Below, piece after piece: positions 23,495 to 36,600 of a stretch of 64,000 bases of DNA. The stretch's first letter is position 1. Each line of letters starts with the position of its first letter. The stretch comes from Pristiophorus japonicus (taxonomy: Eukaryota). Below the pieces are notes generated by a model that searched no databases, had not been told where the DNA came from, and saw only the letters and a list, made by a program, of their open reading frames with translations. The translations under genes and the position numbers were made by a program. The DNA lies in the NCBI RefSeq assembly GCF_044704955.1, contig NC_092006.1, positions 5,518,001 through 5,582,000 of the forward strand, in the 5' to 3' direction.

Positions 23495-24370
23495 CTTTGG
23501 AGGCAGTTCAGAGAAGGTTCACTCGGTCGATTCCGGAGATGAGGGGGTTGACTTATGAGGAAAGGTTGAGCAGGTTGGGCCTCTACTCATTGGGATTCAG
23601 AAGAATTCAGAGGTGATCTTATCGAAACGTATAAGATTATGAGGGGGCTCGACAGCAGGACCCGGGGGTACTTGTGCATGAAACACAAAAGGTTAGTATG
23701 CAGGTACAGCAAGTGATCAGGAAGGCCAATGGTATCTTGGCCTTTATTGCAAAGGGGATGAAGTATAAAAGCAGGGAGGTCTTGCTACAGTTATACAGGG
23801 TATTGGTGAGGCCACACCTGGAATACTGCGTGCAGTTTTGGTTTCCATATTTACGAAAGGATATACTTGCTTTGGAGGCAGTTCAGAGAAGGTTCACTCG
23901 GTTGATTCCGGAGATGAGGGAGTTGACTTATGAGGAAAGGTTGAGTAGGTTGGGCCTCTACTCATTGGAATTCAGAAGAATGAGAGGTGATCTTATGGAA
24001 ACGTATAAGATTATGAGGGGGCTTGACAAGGTGGATGCAGAGAGGATGTTTCCACTGATGGGGGAGACTAGAACGCGGGGGCATGATCTTAGAATAAGGG
24101 GCCACCCATTTAAAACTGAGATGAGGAGGAATTTCTTCTCTCAGAGGGTTGTAAATCTGTGGAATTTGCTGCCTCAGAGAGCTGTGGAAGCTGGGACATT
24201 GAATAAATTTAACACAGAGATAGACGGTTTCTTAACCGATACGGGGATAAGGGGGCGGGCAGGGAAGTGGAGCTGAGTCCATGATCGGATCAGCCACGAT
24301 CGTATTGAATGGCGGAGCAGGCTCGAGGGGCCGAATGGCCTACTCCTGCTCCTATTTCTTATGTTCTTAT
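23495..24370 (+). mobile_element. CR1 3' fragments
   Basis: ORF 23674-24276. Confidence 0.88.
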
Positions 24371-24619
24371 GATTCCAGTGTACAATACTACCACCTTCAC
24401 CTCGTATGGGAATTAAACACATACTTATACAGGGGCTCAAAGGGTTAAATTGTGTGGGCAGTTTGCACAGATGTGGCTTGATTTCCTCGATTATAGAAGA
24501 TTAAGAGGTCAACCAATTGAAGCGTTTAATTTGCTTGAAGGGTTGATAGGGTCGAAAGAGAAAAATTATTTCCTCTGTTGGGGGAGTCCAGAACAAGGAG
24601 ATGTAACTTTAATTTTAAA

Positions 24620-26355
24620 GCAAGTAAGACTTGCATTTATATAGTGCCTTTCACGACCACCGGACATCCCAAAGCGCTTTACAGCCAATGAAGTACTTTT
24701 CGGAGTGTGGTCACTGTTGTATTGTGGGAAACACAGCAGCCAATTTACGCACAGCAAGCTCCCACACACAGCAATGTGATAATGACTCAGAACATCTGTT
24801 TTACTGATGTTGGCCGAGGGATAAATATTGGCCCCAGGACACCGGGGAGAACTCCCCCTGCTCTTCTTCGAAATAGTTCTGTGGAATCTTTTACGTCCGC
24901 TTGAGAGGGCAGACGTGGCCTCGGTTTAATGTCTCATCTAAAAGACAGCACCTCTGATAGTGCTGCGCTCCCTCAGTCCTACCCCTCCGACAGTGCGGCG
25001 CTCCCTCAGTACCGCCCCTCCGACAGTGTGGCGCTCCCTCAGTACCGACCCTCCGACAGTGTGGCGCTCCCTCAGTACCGACCCTCCGACAGTACGGCGC
25101 TCCCTCAGTACCGACCCTCCGACAGTGCGGCGCTCCCTCAGTACTGCCCCTCCGACAGTGCGGCGTTCCCTCAGTACTGCCCCTATGACAGTGCGGCACT
25201 CCCTCAGTACTGCCCCTCCGACAGTGCGACGCTCCCTCAGTACTGCCCCTCCGACAGTGCGATGCTCCCTCAGTACTGCCCCTCTGACAGTGCGGCGCTC
25301 CCTCTACTGCCCCTCCGACAGTGCGACGCTCCCTCAGTACTGCCCCTCCGACAGTGCGACGCTCCCTCAGTACTGCCCCTCCGACAGTGCGGCGCTCCCT
25401 CGGTACTGCCCCTCCGACAGCGCGGTGCTCCCTCAGTACCGCCCCTCCGACAGCGCGAGGCTCCCTCAGTACTGCCCCTCCGACAGTGCGGTGCTCCCTC
25501 AGTACTGCCCCTCCAACAGCGCGGTGCTCCCTCAGTACTGCCCCTCCGACAGTGCGATGCTTCCTTATTACTGCCCCTCTGACAGTGCGGCGCTGCCTCT
25601 ACTGCCCCTCCGACACTGCGATGCTCCCTCAGTACTGCCCCTCCGACAGTGCGACGCTCCCTCAGTACTGCCCCTCCGACAGTGCGGCGCTCCCTCAGTA
25701 CTGCCCCTCTGACAGTGCGGTGCTCCCTCAGTACCGCCCCTCCGACAGTGCGGTGCTCCGTCAGTACTGCCCCTCCGACAGTGCGGTGCTCCCTCAGTAC
25801 CGCCCCTCCGACAGCGCGTTGCTCCCTCAGTACTGCCCCTCTGGCAGTGTGGCACTCCCTCAGTACTGCCCCTCCGACAGTGCGACGCTCCCTCAGTACT
25901 GCCCCTCCGACAGTGCGGCACTCCCTCAGTACTGCCCCTCTTACAGTGCGACGCTCCCTCAGTACTGCCCCTCCGACAGTGCGGCACTCCCTCAGTACTG
26001 CCCCTCTTACAGTGCGGCGCTCCCTCAGTACTGCCCCTCCGACAGCGCGGTGCTCCCTCAGTACCGCCCCTCCGACAGCGCGGGGCTCCCTTAGTACTGC
26101 TCCTCCGACAGTGCGGTGCTCCCTCAGTACTGCCCCTCCGACAGCGCGGTGCTCCCTCAGTACCGCCCCTCCGACAGCGCGATGCTCCCTCAGTACTGCT
26201 CCTCCGACAGCGCGGGGCTCCCTCAGTACCGCCCCTCCAACAGCGCGGTGCTCCCTCAGTATTGCCCCTCCAACAGTGCGGCGCTCCCTCAGTACTACCC
26301 CTCCGACAGTGCGGCGCTCCCTCAGTACTGCCCCTCCGATAGCGCGGTGCTCCCA
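24620..26355 (-). repeat. DeuSINE-like element whose 33-bp segment (CAGTACTGCCCCTCCGACAGTGCGGCGCTCCCT) is expanded to ~1.4 kb
   Basis: SINE body at 24620-24960 runs directly into the array. Same unit at 8910-9140, 30950-31250, 46440-46800 and 61730-62175. Confidence 0.9.
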
Positions 26356-29300
26356 CAGCTCTCTGGGGCAGCGAATTCCACAGATTTACAACCCTCGGAG
26401 AGAAGAAATTCCTCCTCATCTCAGTTTTAAATGGGCGGCCCCTTATTCTAAGACCATGCCCCCTAGTTCTAGTCTCCCCCATCAGTGGAAACATCCTCTC
26501 TGCATCCACCTTGTCGAGCCCCCTCATTATCTTATACGTTTTGATAAGATTACCTCTCATTCTTCTGAACTGCAATGAGTAGAGGCCCAACCTCCTCAAA
26601 CAATCCACATAAGACAACCCCCTCATCTCTGGAATCAACCGAGTGAACCTTCTTTGAGCTGCCTCCAAAGCAAGTGTATCCTTCCTTAAATACGGAGACC
26701 AAAACTGCATGCAGTACTCCAGGTGTGGCCTCACCAATACCCTGTACAGTTGTAGCAGGACTTCCCTGCTTTTATACTCCATCCCCCTTTGCAATAAAGG
26801 CCAAGATTCCATTGGCCTTCCTGATCACTTGCTGTACCTGCATACTAACTTTTTGTGTTTCATGCACAAGGACCCCCAGGTCCCGCTGTACTGCAGCACT
26901 TTGCAATCTTTCTCCATTTAAATTATAATTTGCTTTTCTATTATTTCTGCCATTTTCCCACATTATACTCCATCTGCCAAATGTTTACCCATTCACTTAG
27001 CCTGTCTATATCCCTTTGCAGATTTTTTTGTGTCCTCCTCACAATTTGCTTTCCCACCCATCTTTGTATCATCAGCAAACTTGGCTACATTACACTCAGT
27101 CCCTTCACCCAAGTCATTTATATAGATTGTAAATAGTTGAGGCCCCAGCACTGATCCCTGTGGCACCCCACTGGTTACTGTTTGCCAACCGGAAAATGAC
27201 CCATTTATCCCGACTGTCTGTTTTCTGTTAGTTAGCCAATCCTCTATCCATGCTAATATATTACCCCCAACCCCGTGAGCTTTTATCTTGTGCAGTAACC
27301 TTTTATGTGGCACCTTGTCGAATGCCTTCTGGAAATCCAAATACACCACATCCACTGGTTCCCCCTTATCTACCCTGCTTATTAAGGGAATCGAGGGATA
27401 TGGGGATCGGGTGGGAAAGTGTTGAGGTAGAAGATGTGGTGTATTTGGACTTCCAGAAGGCATTTGACAAGATGCCACATGAAAGGTTACTGCACAAGAT
27501 AAAAGTTCATGGAGTGCGGGGGTGGGGTAATATATTAGCATGGATAGAGGATTGGCTAACTAACAGAGAACAGAGAGTCGGGATAAATGGTTCGTTCTCA
27601 GGTTGGCAATCAGTAACTAGTGGAGTGCCGCAGGGATCAGTGCTGGGACCCCAACTATTTACAATCTATATTAACGACTTGGAAGAAGGGACCGAGTGTA
27701 ACGTAGCCAAGTTTGCTGATGATACAAAGATGGGAGGAAAAGCAATGTGTGAGGAGGACACACAAAATCTGCAAAAGGACATAGACAGGCTAAGTGAGCC
27801 CACTAGTTACTGATTGCCGACCTGAGAATGACCCATTTATCCCGACTCTCTGTTTTCTGTTAGTTCGCCAATCCTCTATCTATGCTAATATATTACCCCC
27901 AACCCCGTGAACTTTTATCTTGTGCAGTAACCAAGTCGGGATGGTGTGTGACTGGGAGGGGAATGTGGAGGTGGTGGTGTTCCCATGCGCCTGCTGCCCT
28001 TGTCCTTCTAGCGGGTAGAGGTCGTGGGTTTGGGAGGTGCTGCCGAAGAAGCCTTGGCGAGTTGCCGCGGTGCATCTTGTAGACGGTGCACACTGCAGCC
28101 ACGGTGTGCCGGTGGTGGAGGGAGTGAGTGTTGAAATTGCAACTCGATATCATACAAGCACAGAAATTTACAGCACGGAAGGAGGCCATTCCGGCCCATC
28201 GTGTCCACGCCGGCCGACAGAAAGCCACCCAGCCTAATCCCACTTTCCAGCTCTCGGTCCGTAGCCCTGTAGGTTACGGAACTTCAGGTGCACATCCAAA
28301 TGTGGTGAGGGTTTCTGCCTCTACCACCCTTTCAGGCAGCGAGTTCCACCCCAGACCCCCACCACCCTCTGGGTTAAGAAATTTCCCCTCAAATCCCCTC
28401 TAAACCTCCCCCCAATTACTTTCAATCTACCTCCCCTGGTTGTTGACCCCTCTGCCAAGGGAAACAGGTCCGACCTATCCACTCTATCCAGGCTCCTCAT
28501 CATTTTATAGACCTCAATCAGGTCTCCTCTTAGCCTCCTCTGTTTCAAAGAAAACAACCCCAGCCTATCCAATCTTTTCTCATTGCTAAAATTCTCCAGT
28601 CCAGGCAACATCCTGGTAAATCTCCTCTGCACCCTCTCCAGTGCAATCACATCGTTCCTGTAATGTGGTGACCAGAACTGCATGCAGTACTCCAGCTGTG
28701 CCCTAACCAGTGCTTTATACAGTTCAAGCATAACCTCCCTGCTCTTGTATTCCATGCCTCGACTAATAAAGGCAAGTATTCCGTATGCCTTCTTAACCAC
28801 CTTATCCCGGTACAGCGAGACCTAGGGTTACTTGTGCATGAAACACAAAAAGTTAGTATGCAGGTACAGCAAGTGATCAGGAAGGCCAATGGAATCTTGG
28901 CCTTTATTGCAATGGGGATGAAGTATAAAAGCAGGGAAGTCTTGCTACAGCTATATAAGGTATTAGTGAGGCCACACCTGAAATACTGCGTGCAGTTTTG
29001 GTTTCCATATTTATGAAAGGATATACTTGCTTTGGAGGCAGTTCAGAGAAGGTTCACAAGGTTGATTCCGGGGATGAGGGGGTTGACTTATGAGGAAAGA
29101 TTGAGTAGGTTGGGCCTCTACTCATTGGAATTCAGAAGAATGAGAGGTGATCTTATCGAAACGTATAAGATTATGAGGGGGTTTGACAAGGTGGATGCAG
29201 AGAGGATGTTTCCACTGATGGGGGTGACTAGAACTAGAGGGCATGATCTTAGAATAAGGGGCCACCCATTTAAAACTGAGATGAGGAGGAATTTCTTCTC

Positions 29301-30510
29301 TCAGAGGGTTGTAAATCTGTGGAATTCGCTGCCTCAGAGAGCTGTGGAAGCCGGGACATTGAATAAATTTAAGACAGAGATAGACAGTTTCTTAAATGAT
29401 AAGGGGATAAAAGTGCGGGCAGGGAAGTGGAGCTGAGTCCATGATCAGATCAGCCGTGATCTTATTAAATGGCGGAGCAGGCTCGAGGGGCCGTATGGCC
29501 TACTCCTGCTCCTATTTCTTATGTTCTTATCCACCTGGCCTGCTACCTTCAGGGATCTGTGGACCTGCACTCCAAGCTCCCTTTGTTCCTCTACACTCAG
29601 TGTCGTACCATTTAATGTGTATTCCCTTGCCTTGTTAGACCTCCCCAAATGCATTACCTCACACTTCTCCAGATTGAATTCTATTTGCCGCTGTCCTGCC
29701 CACCTGACCAGTTCATTTGGTGAGCCGCCTTCTTGAACCGCTGCAGTCCTTTTGGTGAAGGTACAGCCTTGACTTTATCGTAACTGTTTGGTTCAACTGC
29801 AGAGGGGCAGTTAACCACAGCCAACCACATGGACAAGCAATTAAGAAATTAAGCAATTAAGAAGCAAATGGTCTGTCGGCCTTTATTGCAAGAGGATTTG
29901 AGTATAAGAGTAAAGACATCTTACTGCGGTTATATCGGGCCCTGGTGAGACCACACCTGGAGTACTGTGCACAGTTTGGGTCTCCTTACATAAGGAAGGA
30001 TATACTTGCCATTGAGGGAGTGCAGCGAAGGTTCACCAGACTGATTCCTGGGATGGAGGGATTGTCCTATGAGGAGAGATTGAGTAGACTGGGCTGATAT
30101 TCTCTGGAGTTTAGAAGAATGAGAGGTGATCTCATTGAAACATACCAGATTCTGAGGGGGCTTGACAGGGTAGATGCAGGGAGGGTGTTTCCCCCGGGCT
30201 GGGGAGTCTAGAACCAGGCGTCACACAGTCTCAGGGTAAGGGGAAGGCCATTTAGGACTGAGATGAGGAGGAATTTCTTCACTCAGAGGGAGGTGAATCT
30301 TTGCAATTCTCTGCCCCAGAGGGCTGTGGAGTCTCAGTCGTTGAGTATATTCAAGGCTGAGATCGATAGATTTTTGAATATTAAGGGAATCGAGGGATCG
30401 GGCGGGAAAGTGGAGTTGAGGTCGAAGATCAGCCGTGATCTTATTGAATGGCGGAGCAGGCTCGAGGGGCCGAATGGCCGACTCCTGCTCCTATTTCTTA
30501 TGTTCTTGTG
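26352..30510. mobile_element. Cluster of nested and inverted CR1 fragments
   Basis: RT fragments on both strands. The + copy at 28810-29530 sits inside a - copy, with CTTATCC repeated at both junctions. Confidence 0.85.
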
Positions 30511-33500
30511 TTAAACATACCTCTTTGACAACCTGTCATAATATCCCCTTATGTGGCTTGGTGTCAAATTTTGTGTCATTTACGCTCCTGTGAAGCACCT
30601 TCTCCATTAAAGGCGCTGTATAATTAAAATATTGCATTTATATAGCGTCTTTCATGACCATTGGGAGTCCCAAAGTGCTTTACTGTCAATGAAATACATT
30701 CGGAGTGCGGTCACGTTTGTAATGTGGGAAACACGGCAGACAATTTGTGCACAGCAAGCTCCCACACACAGCGATGTGATAATGACCCGGATCATCTGTT
30801 TTAGTGATGTTGGTTGAGGGATAAATATTGGCCCCAGGACACCGGGGAGAACTCCCCCTGCTCTTCTTCCAATAGTGGCCCCGGGATCTTTTACATCCAC
30901 CCGAGAGGGCAGATGGGGCCTCGGTTTAACGTCTCATCCGAAAGACGACAACTCCGACAATGCGGTGCTCCCACAGTACTGCCCCTCAGACAGTGCGGCA
31001 CTCCCTCAGTACTGCCCCTCCGACAGTGCGGCGCTCCCTCAGTACCGCCTCTCCGACAGTGCGGCGCTCCCTCAGTTCTGCCCCTCCAACAGTGCGGTGC
31101 TCCCTCAGTACTGCCCCTCCGACAGTGCGGCGCTCCCTCAGTCCCGCCCCTGTAACAGTGCGGCTCTCCCTCAGTACCGACCCTCCGACAGTGCGGCTCT
31201 CCATCAGTACCGCCCCTCCGACAGTGCGCCGCTCCCTCAGTACTATCCCTCTAACAAGATTAAGGCAACTTTCTGAAATCAGGAGGAGGAGAGAGAGGCG
31301 GGGAGGTTTGGGGAGGGAGTTCCAGAGCTTGGGGGCCCAGACAGCTGAAGGCACGGCCACCGATGGTGGAGCGATGGAAATCGGGGGATGGGCAAGCGGG
31401 CAGAATTGAAGGAGGGCAGAGACCTCGGTGGGGGGGGGGGGCGGGGTTTGTCGGTGACGGAGATAGGGAGGGAGAGGTGGCCAGGAGGGAGTTGAACACG
31501 AGGACAAGAATTTTTAAAAGCGGGGCGATGATGGACTGGCTTGTAACAAGGATTATGAGGTTGTTCCTGGATGGTCACGAGAATTCTCTGTCTTTCTCGC
31601 CCCCTCCCCCCCCGCCCTCACCGCCCAGCATCTACGTCTGGGTTACGGTCAAGCTGCCCCGATACAAACTCCAGGAGACTGAGATCACACAGCTCTGGTG
31701 GGGCTTGAAACAGCGCAGCATGCCTTCAGAGTGGGGAGGGGGGGGGGTGTGTGGGGCGGAGAGATGGGGTCTTGGTGTGGGGGTGAACATCGCTACAGCT
31801 GCACTCTGTGGCTTTCTGAGTCAAACAGGCCTGACTCCAAGCGACATAGACAGAGCCATTGTCTCGGTGAATAAAGGCCCAATTCACAGCCCTGTTATTG
31901 AGCACAGTGCTACATTAATTTACAGCGCACAAACTGCCCTTGTTGTCCACAATGTGAACCTCACAGCGGTGCGTTTCAAGCAGATGCCGCACACTGAATG
32001 AGCGAAATTTAAACCGAAGGGACGTCTCGGCCGAGGGAGCCGCTTTTATGTTCGGACTACCTTCCAGAGGGAGTGAACCCGAGTCAGATCCTCGAAGCAC
32101 AGGCGCAAAAAAACCGCAAGAAACAGGAGTCGGCCATTCGGCCCCTCGAGCCTGCTCCGCCATTCAATGAGATCGCGGCTGATCCGATCATGGACTCAGC
32201 TCCACTTCCCCGCCCGCTCCCCATAACCCTTCACTCTCTCATCGTTCAAAAATCTGCCGGTCTCCACCTTGAATATATTCGATGACCCCAGCCTCCACAG
32301 CTCTCTGGGCCAGAGAATTCCACAGGTTCACCAGATTCATCTCCGTCTTAAACGGGCGGCCCCTTATTCTGGGACCATGTGCCCCTCGTTCTAGATTCCC
32401 CCACGAGGAATTTTCTTTTGCTCCGGGGCAGAAACCGCCCGATGCATACCGTGATGACGTCGTTGTCAAATAGAGACATCATTATTATTCACAGGGAGAA
32501 AGATTGCAAAGTGCCGCAGTACAGCGGGACCTGGGGGTACTTGTGCATTGAAACACAAAAGGATAGTATGCAGGTACAGCAAGTGATCAGGAAGGCCAAT
32601 GGTATCTTGGCCTTTATTGCAAAGGCGGATGGAGTATAAAAGCAGGGAAGTCTTGCTACAGTTATACAGGGTATTGGTGAGGCCACACCTGGAGTACTGC
32701 GTGCAGTTTTGGTCTCCATATCCACCCTGTCCAGCCCCTTCAGAATCTTGTACATTTCGATAAGCTCACCTCTCATTCTTCTGAACTCCGATATGTACAG
32801 GCCCAACTTGCTCAACCCTTTCCTCATAAGACAACCCCCTCATCTCCGGAATCAACCGAGTGAGCCTTCTCTGAACAGCCTCCAATGCAAGTATATCCCT
32901 CCTTAAATACGGAGACCAAAACTGCACGCAGTACTCCAGCTGTGGCCTCACCAATACCCTGTACAGCTGTAGCAGGACTTCTCTGCTTTTATACTCTGCC
33001 CCCTTTGCAATAAAGGCCAAGATTCCATTGGCCTTCCTGATCACTTGCTGTACCTGCATACTAACAGTTTGTGTTTCATGCACAAGTGCCCCCAGGTCCC
33101 TCCGCACTGCAACACTTTGCAATCTTTCTCCCTGTGAATAATAATGATGTCTCTATTTGACAGCGACGTCATCACGGTATGCATCGGGCGGTTTCTGCCC
33201 CGGAGCAAAAAAAAATTCCGGGAACGCCGGGACTGAAGGCGTGCCGGGCGGTGACAGGGATAGCTTCACGGGGGCTAAACATGGCGTCCGTGTGCTAGCG
33301 GGGCGCCCGTTAAAGGGGAGGTGGCATGCCGCGAGCCATAGCCCCCTTGAACGTGGGCGGTCCGTGCCTCCATTTGCCATCTCCCGGCGCCGTGCTTGAG
33401 TTGCCCGGGGCTGGGGGGGGGCTGATTTGCATGGCTCCCTCCCCCGCTCCCCGGTGGCCCAGGGAGAGCGCTGCTGGGCCTTCCCCTTTAATGACGGGAG

Positions 33501-33679
33501 CGACATAGACATCGACATAGATAATAGGTGCAGGAGTAGGCTATTCGGCCCCTCGAGCCTGCACCGCCATTCAATATGATCACGGCCGATCCCCTATCAC
33601 AACTATCTCATATTCCCGCTTTTTCCCCATACCCCTTGATGCCTTTTGTTATCTATGCGGACTATATCTATACGCTCCG

Positions 33680-36600
33680 TGTCGAGGAAATATTTAGCTT
33701 AAATTAACTCAGGCGGAGACTTTCAGAAGTGCACTTCGAGAGAATTTATTTTAAAAAGCGAGATATATCTCAGAGAGCCTGCTTGGACCGTACCAAGGCA
33801 AAAACTCTGCCGTACAGGCAAATTGTCCCTATCTTTATACAGAAATTGAATACAGAAATATAAAAGGAATCTTATTCATTAGTCCCGCGAGTACAAAGGT
33901 CGTCTCGGGAGGTACACACTCTATCAACCGAGACTCCAGGATGGTATGTTGCCTCCCTGGTGCAAGGGTCAAGGATGTCTCGGAGCGGGTGCAGGACATT
34001 CTGAAATGGGAGGGAGAACAGCCAGTTGTCGTGGTGCACATTGGTACCAACGACATTGGTAAAAAAAGGGATGAGGTCCTACGAAAAGAATTTAAGGAGC
34101 TCGGAGCTAAATTAAAAAGTAGGACCTCAAAAGTAGTAATCTCGGGATTGCTACCAGTGCCACGTGCTAGTCAGAGTAGGAATCGCAGGATAGCGCAGAT
34201 GAATACATGGCTTGAGCAGTGGTGCAGCAGGGAGGGATTCAAATTCTTGGGGCATTGGAACCGGTTCTGGGGGAGGTGGGACCAGTACAAACCAGACGGT
34301 CTGCACCTGGGCAGGACCGGAACCAATGTCCTAGGGGGAGTGTTTGCTTGTGCTGTTGGGGAGGAGTTAAACTAATATTGCAGGGGGATGGGAACCTATG
34401 CAGGGAGACAGAGGGAGACAAAAATGAGGCAAAAGCAAAAGACAGAAAGGAGATGAGGAAAAGTGGAGGGCAGAGAAACCCAAGGCAAAGAACAAAAAGG
34501 GCCACTGTACAGCAAAATTCTAGAAGGAAAAAGGGTGTTAAAAAAGCAAGCCTGAAGGCTTTGTGTCTTAATGCAAGGAGTATCCGCAATAAGGTGGATG
34601 AATTAACTGTGCAAATAGATGTTAACAAATATGATGTGATTGGGATTACAGAGACGTGGCTCCAGGATGATCAGGGCTGGGAACTCAACATCCAGGGGTA
34701 TTCAACATTCAGGAAGGATAGAATAAAAGGAAAAGGAGGTGGGGTAGCATTGCTGGTTAAAGAGGAGATTAATGCAACAGTTAGGAAAGACATTAGCTTG
34801 GATGATGTGGAATCTATATGGGTAGAGCTGCAGAACACTAAAGGGCAAAAATCGTTAGTGGGAGTTGTGTACAGACTTCCAAATAGTAGTAGTGATGTTG
34901 GGGAGGGCATCAAACAGGAAATTAGGAGTGCATGCAATAAAGGTGCAGCAGTTATAATGGGTGACTTTAATATGCACAGAGATTGGGCTAGCCAAACTGG
35001 AAGCAATACGGTGGAGGAGGATTTTCTGGAGTGCATAAGGGATGGTTTTCTAGACCAATATGTCGAGGAACCAACTAGGGGGGAGGCCATCTTAGACTGG
35101 GTGTTGTGTAATGAGAGAGGATTAATTAGCAATCTCATTGTGCGAGGCCCCTTGGGGAAGAGTGACCATAATATGGTGGAATTCTGCATTAGGATGGAGA
35201 ATGAAACAGTTAATTCAGAGACCATGGTCCAGAACTTAAAGAAGGGTAACTTTGAAGGTATGAGGCATGAATTGGCTAAGATAGATTGGCTAATGATACT
35301 TAAGGGGTTGACTGTGGATGGGCAATGGCAGACATTTAGAGACCGCACGGATGAATTACAACAATTGTACATTCCTGTCTGGCGTAAAAATAAAAAAGGG
35401 AAGGTGGCTCAACCGTGGCTATCTAGGGAAATCAGGGATAGTATTAAAGCCAAGGAAATGGCATACACATTGGCCAGAAATAGCAGCGAACCTGGGGACT
35501 GGGAGAAATTTAGAACTCAGCAGAGAAGGACAAAGGGTTTGATTAGGGCAGGGAAAATGGAGTACGAGAAGAAGCTTGCAGGGAACATTAAGGCAGATTG
35601 CAAAAGTTTCTATCGGTATGTAAAGTGAAAAAGGTTAGTAAAGACAAACGTAGGTCCCCTGCAGTCAGAATCAGGGGAAGTCATAACGGGGAACAAAGAA
35701 ATGGCAGACCAATTGAACAAGTACTTTGGTTCAGTATTCACTAAGGAGGACACAAACAACCTTCCGGATATAAAAGTGGTCAGAGGGTCTAGTAAGGAGG
35801 AGGAACTGAGGGAAATCTTTATTAGTCGGGAAATTGTGTTGGGGAAATTGATGGGATTGAAGGCCGATAAATCCCCAGGGCCTGATGGACTGCATCCCAG
35901 AGTACTTAAGGAGGTGGCCTTGGAAATAGCGGATGCATTGACAGTCATTTTCCAACATTCCATTGACTCTGGATCAGTTCCTATCGAGTGGAGGGTAGCC
36001 AATGTAACCCCACTTTTTAAAAAAGGAGGGAGAGAGAAAGCAGGGAATTATAGACCGGTCAGCCTGACCTCAGTAGTGGGTAAAATGATGGAATCAATTA
36101 TTAAGGATGTCATAGCAGCGCATTTGGAAAATGGTGACATGATAGGTCCAAGTCAGCATGGATTTGTGAAAGGGAGATCATGCTTGACAAATCTTCTGGA
36201 ATTTTTTGAGGATGTTTCCAATAAAGTGGACAAAGGAGTACCAGTTGGTGTGGTATATTTGGACTTTCAGAAAGCTTTCGACAAGGTCCCACACAGGAGA
36301 TTAATGTGCAAAGTTAAAGCACATGGGATTGGGGGTAGTGTGCTGACGTGGATTGAGAACTGGTTGTCAGACAGGAAGCAAAGAGTAGGAGTAAATGGGT
36401 ACTTTTCGGAATGGCAGGCAGTGACTAGTGGGGTACCGCAGGGTTCTGTGCTGGGGCCCCAGCTGTTTACATTGTACATTAATGATTTAGACGAGGGGAT
36501 TAAATGTAGTATCTCCAAATTTGCGGATGACACTAAGTTGGGTGGCAGTGTGAGCTGCGAGGAGGATGCTATGAGGCTACAGAGTGACTTGGATAGGTTA

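Noticed and set aside
24891-26812. Long ORFs (200-400 aa) on both strands
   Set aside because: Artefacts of a stop-poor 33-bp (multiple of 3) tandem repeat running into CR1 sequence.
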